DNA of 57,405 bases, the filler included, from an uncultured bacterium (GTDB lineage Bacteria > Hinthialibacterota > Hinthialibacteria > Hinthialibacterales > Hinthialibacteraceae), in assembly GCA_964449065.1 (NCBI GenBank). It is 2 parts of 2 records of this genome, joined end to end, with 100 filler letters (N's around TTAATTAATTAA, not from the genome) between each part and the next. Parts side by side here need not be neighbours in the genome. Positions count along the whole stretch, not along the records: positions 1 to 28,696 come from CAYVAZ010000018.1; positions 28,797 to 57,405 come from CAYVAZ010000019.1. One strand, given 5' to 3'. The first letter of the stretch is position 1; the number at the start of each line of letters is the position of its first letter. Below are positions 26,226-35,208 of this stretch, one piece after another. The notes below the pieces were generated by a model, which saw nothing but the letters and a program-made list of their open reading frames with translations, was not told where the DNA came from and did not search any database. Position numbers and translations under genes: made by a program.

Positions 26226-26839
26226 CCGAATTTTGGAACCAAAAACAGTTGCCTGAACCGTTGATTGTGCCCAACCATGACAACCCGCGAAGTCTGGAAA
26301 TTGGGAAATTCGGTTTCAGCCTGTTTCTTGTTTCTTTGGGAGTATTCTTCGCGGCCAGCATTGTAAGTTATCTTGTTGTGCGTGTGCGTGCCGATGTTTG
26401 GCCTCCGGAAGGCGCCCCCGGCTTACCCGCCGCTTTACTCATCAGCACGATTGTTATTTTGTTAACCAGCGTTTCCATTCAATGGGCGGTTCACGCGGTA
26501 AAGAAAAAACAAAACCAGCAGTTAATGAAAGCTTTATACGTTACCACCGGCCTATCGATTTTGTTTCTTGTGTTGCAAGGCTTCAACTGGTTGACATTGG
26601 TCAAGCGTGAACTGATTATCAGTGATAGTTTGTACGCGTTTACATTTTATTTGCTCACCGGTTTGCACGCTTTGCATGTCATCGGCGGTGTGGTTCCGCT
26701 TTTCGTCATCATGCGAAAAGCAAACCACGAACTGTATACATCTTACCACTACAACGGCATCTACTACTGCGCAATGTACTGGCACTTTTTGGACGCGGTA
26801 TGGATCGTTCTGTATTGTACGCTTTTGCTTGGCTCCTAA
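26222..26839 (+). CDS. Second heme-copper oxidase subunit III-like protein
   Basis: LTGLHALHVIGG, MYWHFLDAVW; ATGA overlap with subunit IV. Confidence 0.85.
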   Translation: MTEFWNQKQLPEPLIVPNHDNPRSLEIGKFGFSLFLVSLGVFFAASIVSYLVVRVRADVWPPEGAPGLPAALLISTIVILLTSVSIQWAVHAVKKKQNQQLMKALYVTTGLSILFLVLQGFNWLTLVKRELIISDSLYAFTFYLLTGLHALHVIGGVVPLFVIMRKANHELYTSYHYNGIYYCAMYWHFLDAVWIVLYCTLLLGS

Positions 26840-27228
26840 CGCTATTCGATTCTCCATCTTTTCACAACACGGCTTGTCTTTCCACCTTCGCGGCAGGATT
26901 TGCGCGGTAAAACCCTAGCCCATGCGTTTCCCGTTTTCATTTAGGAGACAACTTCGGTTGCGGGGCAAGAAAGACAACCGCTATGCCTTTCGTTCGCTCA
27001 GGCCTTTCACCGCGCTTAATCTACAATCCAAAATGGATACGGCAACACGTGGATCATGTGTTGAGCGGAACCCCTTTGTGAACCTGGAATTTGAACCTGG
27101 AATTTAGTGTGATGCGTTCCAAGGATTTTCGAGCATGTCAGAGTTGAATCGCCGCGAGCGTCGGCTTCGAACCGGTAATTGTACGCGCTATCTCTACACA
27201 AACCGGAATTACTCGCGTTGTTTATTTG

Positions 27229-27293
27229 ATCAGGATTATCTATTGTTAGGATAGATAGTATTGATTTTACTTATTCGTTCCGGCACGTATAAT
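27229..27293 (+). promoter_or_regulatory. OxyR-type operator plus sigma70 -10 box upstream of ahpC
   Basis: ATCA-N7-CTAT-N7-ATAG-N7-TGAT at 27229-27265; TATAAT at 27288-27293. Confidence 0.65.
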
Positions 27294-27330
27294 ACACAAA
27301 AAAACAATCCAAACAGGAGGTCTTTTCATT

Positions 27331-27870
27331 ATGTTAACCGTAGGAAACACATTTCCACAATTTAAACTGCAAGCAACCGTATCCACCGATGTCAAAACCG
27401 CGTTTGTGGAAATCACCAACAAGAGTTATCCCGGCAAGTGGTTGGTTTTCTTTACCTGGCCGAAAGATTTCACGTTTGTTTGCCCCACCGAAATCAAAGC
27501 ATTCGGAGAGTTGAATGGGGAGTTTTCAGACCGCGACGCTCAGGTTTTGGGATGCAGTACCGACAGTGAGTTTGTCCATCTTGCATGGCGCAAGGATCAC
27601 GAAGACCTGCATGACCTTCCCTTCCCGATGGTTTCCGATATCAAGCGTGAGTTGTGCCACGAATTGGGAATTTTGGATCACAAAGAAGGCGTGGCATTGC
27701 GCGCAACGTTTATCGTCGACCCCGACGGCATCATTCGGTTTGCTTCCGTCAACGACCTGAGTGTCGGCCGCAACCCGAATGAAGTCTTGCGTGTGTTGGA
27801 TGCGCTCCAAACCGATGAACTTTGCCCCTGCAATTGGGAAAAAGGACAAGACACACTGCAAGTCGCATAG
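27331..27870 (+). CDS. ahpC: Alkyl hydroperoxide reductase C (2-Cys peroxiredoxin)
   Basis: WPKDFTFVCPTE, LCPCNW; AGGAGG RBS. Confidence 0.96.
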   Translation: MLTVGNTFPQFKLQATVSTDVKTAFVEITNKSYPGKWLVFFTWPKDFTFVCPTEIKAFGELNGEFSDRDAQVLGCSTDSEFVHLAWRKDHEDLHDLPFPMVSDIKRELCHELGILDHKEGVALRATFIVDPDGIIRFASVNDLSVGRNPNEVLRVLDALQTDELCPCNWEKGQDTLQVA

Positions 27871-27897
27871 ATGAATCAGCACGAAAGGAGAACAACT

Positions 27898-28443
27898 GTG
27901 TCTATCGATTCAATCAAACAACAGATTCCAGAATACGCAAAAGATTTAAAACTGAATCTATCCAGCTTGGTGAATGCACCTGAGAATATGACAGAACAGC
28001 AATTGTGGGGCACCATTCTCGCTTCCGCTATCGCATCCCGCTCCGCGTTTGTGCACAACGCCGTACTGGAAGAAGCCTCCAGCCATTTGAATGAAGAAGC
28101 GCTCAATGCGGCCAAAGCGGCGGCGGCGATTATGGCGATGAACAATGTGTATTACCGCTTTCTGCATTTATCATCGGATGAGCAGTACAAAACCATGCCG
28201 GCCAAGCTGCGGATGAATGTCATCGCCAAACCCGGGGTGGAAAAAGTGGATTTTGAGCTTTGGTCATTGGCGGTATCGGTCATTAATGCTTGCGGCATGT
28301 GCATTGATTCTCATGCCAAGGAGTTGATTGAGAAAGGCGTTTCTGCCGTAACAATTCAACAAGCTGCACGGGTTGCTTCGATCATCCACGCGGTCAGTGT
28401 GACGATTGAAAGCGAGCAGGCCATTGCACCACCGGCTGAATAA
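27898..28443 (+). CDS. ahpD: Alkyl hydroperoxide reductase D
   Basis: EYAKDLKLNL, MAMNNVYYR, CGMCIDSH; GTG start after AAGGAG. Confidence 0.93.
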   Translation: MSIDSIKQQIPEYAKDLKLNLSSLVNAPENMTEQQLWGTILASAIASRSAFVHNAVLEEASSHLNEEALNAAKAAAAIMAMNNVYYRFLHLSSDEQYKTMPAKLRMNVIAKPGVEKVDFELWSLAVSVINACGMCIDSHAKELIEKGVSAVTIQQAARVASIIHAVSVTIESEQAIAPPAE

Positions 28444-28461
28444 CCGCTTACCATAAAATAG

Positions 28462-28502
28462 AAATGGAAGGGAGAAGGGATGCATCCTTCTCCCTTCCAT
28501 TT
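28462..28502. terminator. 17-bp perfect stem-loop after ahpD
   Basis: aaatggaagggagaagg / ccttctcccttccattt with 7-nt loop. Confidence 0.7.
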
Positions 28503-28508
28503 AAAATA

Positions 28509-28696
28509 CTGATGTTACGCAATTCATAATTGACGATCGCTTGAAAAATGGTTTTTGTTGTGAGCCAATTATTCTAAGTCATGTTACGCAACGAAGAGAC
28601 TGTCGTTGTTATCCCCCCTTATTAAGGGGGGGGTAGGGGGAATCGAAGCACGCTTTCAACAACGCAAAATCCCCCGGAGCCTACGGCTCCACCCCC
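28509..28696. repeat. Family-A left end followed by a family-B hairpin module, truncated by the gap
   Basis: ctgatgttacgca at 28509, second catgttacgca near 28580; 28613-28696 closely matches 47023-47105. Confidence 0.8.
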
Positions 28697-28796
28697 NNNN
28701 NNNNNNNNNNNNNNNNNNNNNNNNNNNNNNNNNNNNNNNNTTAATTAATTAANNNNNNNNNNNNNNNNNNNNNNNNNNNNNNNNNNNNNNNNNNNN
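28697..28796. other. Artificial contig linker (N44-TTAATTAATTAA-N44)
   Basis: Exactly 100 bp; the central 12-mer gives stops in all six frames. Confidence 0.95.
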
Positions 28797-28798
28797 CG

Positions 28799-29086
28799 GA
28801 TGACTGGTTCCGGGATCCAGCGGATAGTTCTTGGCAGTTTGCCGATGTGCGGCAGCTGATTGATGGCATGGATCGCTTGGGAGGGGGTGCCAGCAATTTC
28901 CAAGATTCCAATGATCCATCGGTGAATGAAGATAAGGCATCCGTGAACCCGGAAAAAGTTCTGGTATCGGTAACCTTGGAATTAAATCCGGATCGAAGTG
29001 CTGCAAACCCTGGCTTCAACCTGTATGATATCTGGGCTTTGCCGGCAGATGGTCAAACCGATGTCAACAATTGGTCATTGTACTAA
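28799..29086 (+). CDS. 3' fragment of an acidic, probably secreted protein ending in WSLY (5' end lost in the gap)
   Basis: Frame open from the gap (DDWFRDPADSSW...) to ...GQTDVNNWSLY*, followed by a terminator. Confidence 0.75.
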   Translation, partial: DDWFRDPADSSWQFADVRQLIDGMDRLGGGASNFQDSNDPSVNEDKASVNPEKVLVSVTLELNPDRSAANPGFNLYDIWALPADGQTDVNNWSLY

Positions 29087-29126
29087 GTTTATTCTTTGAA
29101 AATTAAAATGTTTTTTAAATCGATAT

Positions 29127-29153
29127 CCCTCGCGTATGCGGGGGTTTTTTTTT
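29127..29153 (+). terminator. Rho-independent terminator
   Basis: ccctcgc-gtat-gcggggg followed by T9. Confidence 0.8.
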
Positions 29154-29538
29154 CATGATTATTTCCTGATATAGCGCATTTCAGAGTTGGATAGACAGAA
29201 TATGCCGTTGTTTCCCCCCTTATTAAGGGGAAGGGGGATCAAAGACGATCTCTTTCTATCTACGCAAACCTGAATTGCTCTAACGAAAGCAATAAATAGG
29301 TTCTGATTGAATCGGAGGGCATATCCGGCTCGGTGGAAGTCTCGCTCTCTCAAAACGAATTTACCTTTGACAACATCTCTAATTTATCAAGAGCACGCTG
29401 ATTATGAATTTCTGAATCTTCAAACAGAATTCCTGTTGACAAAGTAAGTTCTCCAATTTATTATGGGGAATATCCCTAGGGGAAAACCCTTGCCAATTCA
29501 AAGAAATTTTTAAAAAGTCATATTTGGTGGAATTATAG

Positions 29539-30987
29539 ATGATCGAAGTTAAATTGATGGATGATAAGTTCATTCAAGAGAAAAATGAACAACAAAAGAA
29601 TCCGGAAGAAGAGTCTCTAGCCTCACTGATTCTCACCGAAGAAGATTTTGATTCAATCAAAACCCCTCAGACAATCGAGCGGTCGATAAGTGAACTCATG
29701 AAGGGTGGTTTGTCCTTACATGAAGCGATCCGCGATATTGTATTCACATCCACCCACGAAGATGGTGACAATCATTCTACTATCGATGATGAAGAGTTTT
29801 TGGAAAACAGCGTACAACAAAAACAAGCGGAAATGATTGAAACGCTTGAAAATTTAGACCAAGAATTCGATGGAATGAGCATCAAAGAAGTTTCCGCATT
29901 GTTTGCTTCATTGGTGGATATGCAGAGCCAGTTGTGTATTCAAAAGACCGATGGCGTCATCACCATCCGCATGCACCTCAAGCATTTCTTTAACATGAAT
30001 GAACTGCAGCTGAAAGAATCAAAATTTTGGTCGCAGGAAATTACCCTCCTTTTCACGCCGGAAGAGGTTAGCGCTGTCCGCCGAAAATTGCTTAAAATAG
30101 ATGAAACCCACCCGCTTTATGATTTTTACAACATCATTATCGACCAGGCTTCCGACAGCGTGCAATATACGGAAATGACAGGTCAATTGCTCTATCAAAT
30201 GTCCAAGTTCTTCATCTGCAAATTGGAATACGAGGGCTATGAAGGCGATGCCCAAACCTTGGATTTTAAAGAGCGGCACTACCGCACCATAAACGCATAT
30301 AAACGCACGCTGAATTCCTTAAAAAAACGCGAACAAGTGGTTTTGAAACATTTGCGGAATCACGATATCTTGACAGAACTTCCAAAATTATTCCGCACAC
30401 TGATTTATATTCGTTTGGGTATTGTTGGTCACAACCATTTGGAACATACCATTAAAAAGATTCGCAATTCACTCGGAAAATATGCACGGGCCAAAGGCGC
30501 GGTGGAAATTGATTTTCGAAACTACGATTCTGAGCTGATTGAGTTGCAGCGGATTTATAAGCACATCTTGAATTTGCACCAAGATATCCTGGGTTTTACC
30601 AGTGAAATCTTCGAGAAAGAGTTTCAATCTTGTTTGCAGGAACTGCATTCGCTGATGGAAGAGATTGAATCGTCATCCGAAAAACTGGATCCAAACTCTC
30701 CGGAATATCAGGATCTATTGCAGAAAAAGGTTCAAGTGAGCAAACAGCTGGAAGAGCGCCGTAAAAAACTGGATATCGTCAAAAGCCAATCCAAATTGAT
30801 TGATATTAAAGAACAACTCGTTTCGGAGAAAATAGAACGGTTTGACCGTAATGATGATGAACAAGAGCGAATACAACAAGAATTGCAAAAAGTAAAGCTA
30901 GAGAGGGTTCTGCGTCCAACAGCCGGCATGAAATTGCAAAAAAGCAGTTCCAGAATGGTAACGACGCGAAGCCGGACAGATGGATAA
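29539..30987 (+). CDS. Hypothetical alpha-helical/coiled-coil protein
   Basis: 482-aa ORF, E/K/L/Q-rich, heptad-like C-terminal third; no motif recognised. Confidence 0.75.
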   Translation: MIEVKLMDDKFIQEKNEQQKNPEEESLASLILTEEDFDSIKTPQTIERSISELMKGGLSLHEAIRDIVFTSTHEDGDNHSTIDDEEFLENSVQQKQAEMIETLENLDQEFDGMSIKEVSALFASLVDMQSQLCIQKTDGVITIRMHLKHFFNMNELQLKESKFWSQEITLLFTPEEVSAVRRKLLKIDETHPLYDFYNIIIDQASDSVQYTEMTGQLLYQMSKFFICKLEYEGYEGDAQTLDFKERHYRTINAYKRTLNSLKKREQVVLKHLRNHDILTELPKLFRTLIYIRLGIVGHNHLEHTIKKIRNSLGKYARAKGAVEIDFRNYDSELIELQRIYKHILNLHQDILGFTSEIFEKEFQSCLQELHSLMEEIESSSEKLDPNSPEYQDLLQKKVQVSKQLEERRKKLDIVKSQSKLIDIKEQLVSEKIERFDRNDDEQERIQQELQKVKLERVLRPTAGMKLQKSSSRMVTTRSRTDG

Positions 30988-31047
30988 ATTCAACCGATAT
31001 CTATGCAATGAGTGTTTATAGCATGGTATTCGGGTTGAGGGACGACA

Positions 31048-31626
31048 ATGCTCAGCAACTTTAATTTAGATAAAGAAAAGAAACCACAGATAGAAACCTG
31101 TATCCGGTGTGAGTTTCCAATCAACAAAACCCGGTCTCATTTTACTCATGTAACATCCAATCAAAACGATGAACTGAACCAAAAATTGTGCAAGAGATGT
31201 TCGAAACGGGATAATGACTTTTTTTTCGCCATCAACAATTGCATTCGGTTATACGGGCATTTGATAACCATTTTCGAAATTTTTGAACTGTACTCCAATA
31301 AAAACGTTTATAAAAAATTGTATTTTGATCCCTTTCGATACGCACGCGCGGAACATGACCGGGACGACCCGTTAAAAATGAAAGACTTTGACCGCTGGAT
31401 TGAATTCGGTATTTTCGAAAAATCTAAAAACAATACTCTCACCATTAAAGCACAAGAAGAACGCGAAAAAATTAAAAATCAAATCAATGAAAAAGCAGAT
31501 CATGATATACCCAAATCCAAAGGAAATGAAAGCAATGGTTCAGACTCTTTAAATCGATACATATCAAGGCTCAAAAAAGAGGGCGGCGCAGCAAAGGGAA
31601 AAGAACGCTGGAAAAAAACCAAATAA
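31048..31626 (+). CDS. Hypothetical protein with CxxC...CxxC zinc-ribbon-like N-terminus
   Basis: CIRC and CKRC; GAGG RBS; AT-rich. Confidence 0.65.
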   Translation: MLSNFNLDKEKKPQIETCIRCEFPINKTRSHFTHVTSNQNDELNQKLCKRCSKRDNDFFFAINNCIRLYGHLITIFEIFELYSNKNVYKKLYFDPFRYARAEHDRDDPLKMKDFDRWIEFGIFEKSKNNTLTIKAQEEREKIKNQINEKADHDIPKSKGNESNGSDSLNRYISRLKKEGGAAKGKERWKKTK

Positions 31627-31737
31627 CCACTGATCGTGACGGCTTCCAGCCTGCTTTGGTTAACCCAAACCGAAATTTTCACTTCGTCGTCTCTTCGACG
31701 TCACTTCGAGATCCATTCTGCTTATAGCGAATCATCC

Positions 31738-32313
31738 TCACAATCCAAACCGCATAATATCCCCATTGGAATGCAAACCGTTTGAAACCTCAAACGGTGC
31801 CAAATCCCCGCCGCCTGCCGCTTCAAAATCCCCATCCGGGCCATAACTCATCAGCGCCCATAAATCATTGGGAGATTGCTGGCTGTTAAAGTGCATCCCC
31901 AACGCGCCCGGCCGGCGGTATCCATCGGCAAAGTTCGGTTCCCAATAGGGATACGTATTGTGAGGTTCGGCCGTATTGTTCAGTTGCAACTCGCGGGTAT
32001 TAAATTTATCCACCGGAACGGAAGACATATACGAAACAGGCGTGGTCAATTGCGCCATACGCGCGAAGCGGGACATTTGATTGCCTTCACACGTTCCGGT
32101 ATAACATCCCATCGTATATGTGCGCGGGGGAACATTGTTGTCGATGCGGTAACTCTCAATCGCGGTACCGATATTGCGCATATCTGCTTCCGCCCCGGCG
32201 ATTTTCGCTTTGGTTTGCGCGTTTAAAAAATTCGGGACGGCAATCGCGGCTAAAATCCCAATGATCGCGACAACGATCAGCAATTCAATCAATGTAAATG
32301 CTGTCTTTTTCAT
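31738..32313 (-). CDS. Prepilin-type N-terminal cleavage/methylation protein (pseudopilin G-like)
   Basis: MKKTA|FTLIELLIVVAIIGILAAIAVPNF class III signal with E5; C-terminal SYGPDGD. Confidence 0.9.
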   Translation of the reverse strand: MKKTAFTLIELLIVVAIIGILAAIAVPNFLNAQTKAKIAGAEADMRNIGTAIESYRIDNNVPPRTYTMGCYTGTCEGNQMSRFARMAQLTTPVSYMSSVPVDKFNTRELQLNNTAEPHNTYPYWEPNFADGYRRPGALGMHFNSQQSPNDLWALMSYGPDGDFEAAGGGDLAPFEVSNGLHSNGDIMRFGL

Positions 32314-32350
32314 GTTTTAAACCCCTATTGTTTCGTATGTCATTAATGAA

Positions 32351-32625
32351 CTTACCATACGCGTAAATTATGATATGCACGTTATTTAAATCGTTCGCTG
32401 TGGCTATCGCCCTCGCCCGCCGGGAGAGGGACGGGGTGAGGGCTTATGGAGACAATTGCCTCTAAGGACACAATAGCGTCATAGGGTGCAATCGCTCTCT
32501 TCACCCTCATCTCTTATCTTCTCCCAAAGGGAGAAGACGATAGACATTGCGATTGACTTAGAAAATTCGTTTATGACAAAATCTTTTTTTTTAACAGCAG
32601 TCCATCATTATTTGCGTAACATCAT
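32351..32625 (-). mobile_element. MITE family A, reverse orientation, degenerate
   Basis: Reverse-complement homolog of 9631-9891; ends ...tgcgtaacatcat; flanks TAATGAA / TAATTAA. Confidence 0.75.
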
Positions 32626-32659
32626 TAATTAAATCCAAAAAGACAAAAAGAACAAGCAC

Positions 32660-33256
32660 TTATTCGGATGAGAACATGGATTTGAAGGGGACAACCACCA
32701 CGATTTTTAATTGCGTATTCGGCAATTGATCCACAAACAAAATCGAAGAAATTTCATCGTTTTTAAAGACAAACACATCGCGTACGTTGGTTAATGTTTT
32801 CGTTGCGACTTCATCCCAATAATCGGGCAAATCACTGTTCGACGCTTGCAGCGAGCCGAATGAATTGAAGAAAAAGATGCGGGGAACTTTTTCTTCTTGA
32901 ACCGGTTGCAATGCCGGGTGCTCTTTTAGAGATTGCAGGATTTCGTTTTCACTTTTTCCCTCTAAAAAAGCGGTATGTTCCCGTAGATGAGTCATTAAGG
33001 TGTAACCATCATTGACGGCTGTTTCCGTGACATAATAATCCTGCTTGCGAAACATCAGCGGCCAGACAAAATAAAGCGCGATAAACACAAACAGCATTGC
33101 CAGCGTCATATCCCAGCCAAACCAGCGGCGGATGCGCTTTTGCATCTTGTCATCGATCATCAACCGCCCGGGCATGGTGAACTGGCGTTTCCGTTTGGGA
33201 AACGAATTTTGAGGTTGATTATCGTATTCTGGTTGATTTGATTTTTGGTTAGTCAT
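32660..33256 (-). CDS. Hypothetical single-pass membrane protein
   Basis: Basic N-terminus, one TM helix (LAMLFVFIALYFVWPL), soluble C-terminal domain. Confidence 0.7.
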   Translation of the reverse strand: MTNQKSNQPEYDNQPQNSFPKRKRQFTMPGRLMIDDKMQKRIRRWFGWDMTLAMLFVFIALYFVWPLMFRKQDYYVTETAVNDGYTLMTHLREHTAFLEGKSENEILQSLKEHPALQPVQEEKVPRIFFFNSFGSLQASNSDLPDYWDEVATKTLTNVRDVFVFKNDEISSILFVDQLPNTQLKIVVVVPFKSMFSSE

Positions 33257-33339
33257 TGCTTAATTTTTTTATTTCCGTTGACGAATTACGCCGAGATATT
33301 TTTGTTGTATGATACCACATATTGCTTTTAGGATGAAAC

Positions 33340-34290
33340 ATGCATCAAACATTTGAAGCCCTCATACCCCTATATAATCTCCGCATTGAGCAGCCGCGGC
33401 AAGGCTGGTCGGTTGAAGAATCGTATGCCTTTTGCCGCAGATTGACCCACGCCCATTACGAAAATTTCCCGGTCGGCTCCATTCTCATCCCCAAACGGCT
33501 GCGCCCACATGTTCATGCCATCTATGCTTTCGCCCGCATGTCGGATGATTTTTCCGACGAACCCTATTACGAAGGCCAGCGCATGGAACGGTTGGAAGAA
33601 TGGGATCATCTCTTGCAGGAATGCTATCAGGGCAGGGCGGAGCATCCGGTGTTTATCGCATTGAGGCAGACAGTAAAAGAGTTGGATTTGCCCAAGCAGT
33701 TGTTCAGTGACCTGCTAACGGCGTTTAAGATGGATGTGACCAAATCGCGCTATCAAAATTGGAATGAGGTATTAAACTATTGCCAATATTCCGCCAATCC
33801 GGTCGGGCGGCTTATTCTTCATTTGTTTGATTACCGCGACGAAGAGCGCTTCCATTGGTCTGACTGCATCTGCACCGCGTTGCAACTCGCCAATTTTTGG
33901 CAGGATGTGGAAATCGATCTTCGCAAAGACCGCATCTACATCCCGCAGGATGATATGAATACCTACCGCTACAGCGAGGACTTATTGTTTCAACACCGGT
34001 ATGATGAACGCTATATCCAAATCATGCGCAAACAGGCGAAGCGGGCATGGGATTTATTTGACGAAGGGTATCCATTACTTGAAAACGTGCATTTTCCCCT
34101 CTCGATGGAACTGCGGTTTACTTGGTTGGGCGGTACCGGCATTTTGCATCGCACCGCTCTTTGCAACTACAATGTATTTCAACAACGTCCTAAACTCACG
34201 AAAACGGATTTTCTGAAACTAGGCTTTCAGTCATTTTTCAGCATAAAAAACCATCGCAACACTCTACGGCATTACTTCTCTACTTTATAA
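33340..34290 (+). CDS. hpnC: Squalene synthase HpnC (hydroxysqualene synthase)
   Basis: HYENFPVGS, YAFARMSDD, YSANPVGR, LQLANFWQD. Confidence 0.92.
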   Translation: MHQTFEALIPLYNLRIEQPRQGWSVEESYAFCRRLTHAHYENFPVGSILIPKRLRPHVHAIYAFARMSDDFSDEPYYEGQRMERLEEWDHLLQECYQGRAEHPVFIALRQTVKELDLPKQLFSDLLTAFKMDVTKSRYQNWNEVLNYCQYSANPVGRLILHLFDYRDEERFHWSDCICTALQLANFWQDVEIDLRKDRIYIPQDDMNTYRYSEDLLFQHRYDERYIQIMRKQAKRAWDLFDEGYPLLENVHFPLSMELRFTWLGGTGILHRTALCNYNVFQQRPKLTKTDFLKLGFQSFFSIKNHRNTLRHYFSTL

Positions 34291-34335
34291 TCATTTTGAT
34301 TTTCGAAAAATACGCTTCCACGCATTGGTTTTACC

Positions 34336-35208
34336 ATGGAACAAGCACTCGCATTTACACAACAACACACCAAGGACAGCAAGACGAACTTCTATTATTC
34401 GTTTCTGTTCTTACCGAAGAAAAAGCGCGATGCAATCTTCACAGTCTATTCGTTTTGCCGCGAAACCGATGATATTGTGGATGAAGAAGTGCCTCTCGAC
34501 CAAAAGCAAAAAAATCTGGACCAATGGCGCCGCGAAATTGACCGCTGCTTTGCCGGTTATCCGCGGCATAAAATTATGCATGCCCTGCATCATGTGATTC
34601 AGGATTTTCCTCTCCCTGCCGACTACTTCCACAAACTCATCGACGGCTGCGAGATGGACCTGATTCACGAGCGCTATCAAACCTTTGATGAACTGAGCAA
34701 CTATTGCTATCACGTGGCTTCCGTGGTCGGGTTGATTTGTATTGAGATATTTGGATACCGCTCTTCCAATACGAAAGAGTATGCCGTCAATTTAGGCAAA
34801 GCCTTGCAGATGACCAATATCTTACGGGATGTTGGGGAAGACGCGGACCGGGGAAGAATTTATCTTCCGCTGGAAGATTTGCAGCGGTTTGGGTATTCCG
34901 AAAACGAAATGCTAAATCAATCCTACAACGATTCGTACAAAGAACTCATGCACTTTGAAGCCCAGCGTGCCACACAATTCTACCAAAACGCGCAGGATTT
35001 GTTTGATCCCCGCGACCACGATCTTCTTTTTCCCGCGGAAATCATGCGGGTGATCTACTATACCTTGCTGCAGCGGATACAATCATCCGGGTACCGCGTA
35101 CAGAACAACCGTATTTGTATATCCAATCCGGAAAAAATGCGGATTGCGCTCGGCCATTGGCTGCGCAGCCGCTGGAGAAGTCTTTTGCAATGGTCAAACA
35201 CACCGTAG
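34336..35208 (+). CDS. hpnD: Presqualene diphosphate synthase HpnD
   Basis: NFYYSFLFLP, FCRETDDIVD, YCYHVASVVG, LQMTNILRDVGEDA. Confidence 0.92.
   Translation: MEQALAFTQQHTKDSKTNFYYSFLFLPKKKRDAIFTVYSFCRETDDIVDEEVPLDQKQKNLDQWRREIDRCFAGYPRHKIMHALHHVIQDFPLPADYFHKLIDGCEMDLIHERYQTFDELSNYCYHVASVVGLICIEIFGYRSSNTKEYAVNLGKALQMTNILRDVGEDADRGRIYLPLEDLQRFGYSENEMLNQSYNDSYKELMHFEAQRATQFYQNAQDLFDPRDHDLLFPAEIMRVIYYTLLQRIQSSGYRVQNNRICISNPEKMRIALGHWLRSRWRSLLQWSNTP

Noticed and set aside
26840..27220. ncRNA or small ORF between the oxidase operon and ahpC, including a 13-bp direct repeat at 27079-27104
   Set aside because: No recognisable RNA family, RBS or protein motif
28697..28796. TTAATTAATTAA as a biological palindrome
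   Set aside because: Flanked by symmetric N runs; typical artificial contig spacer
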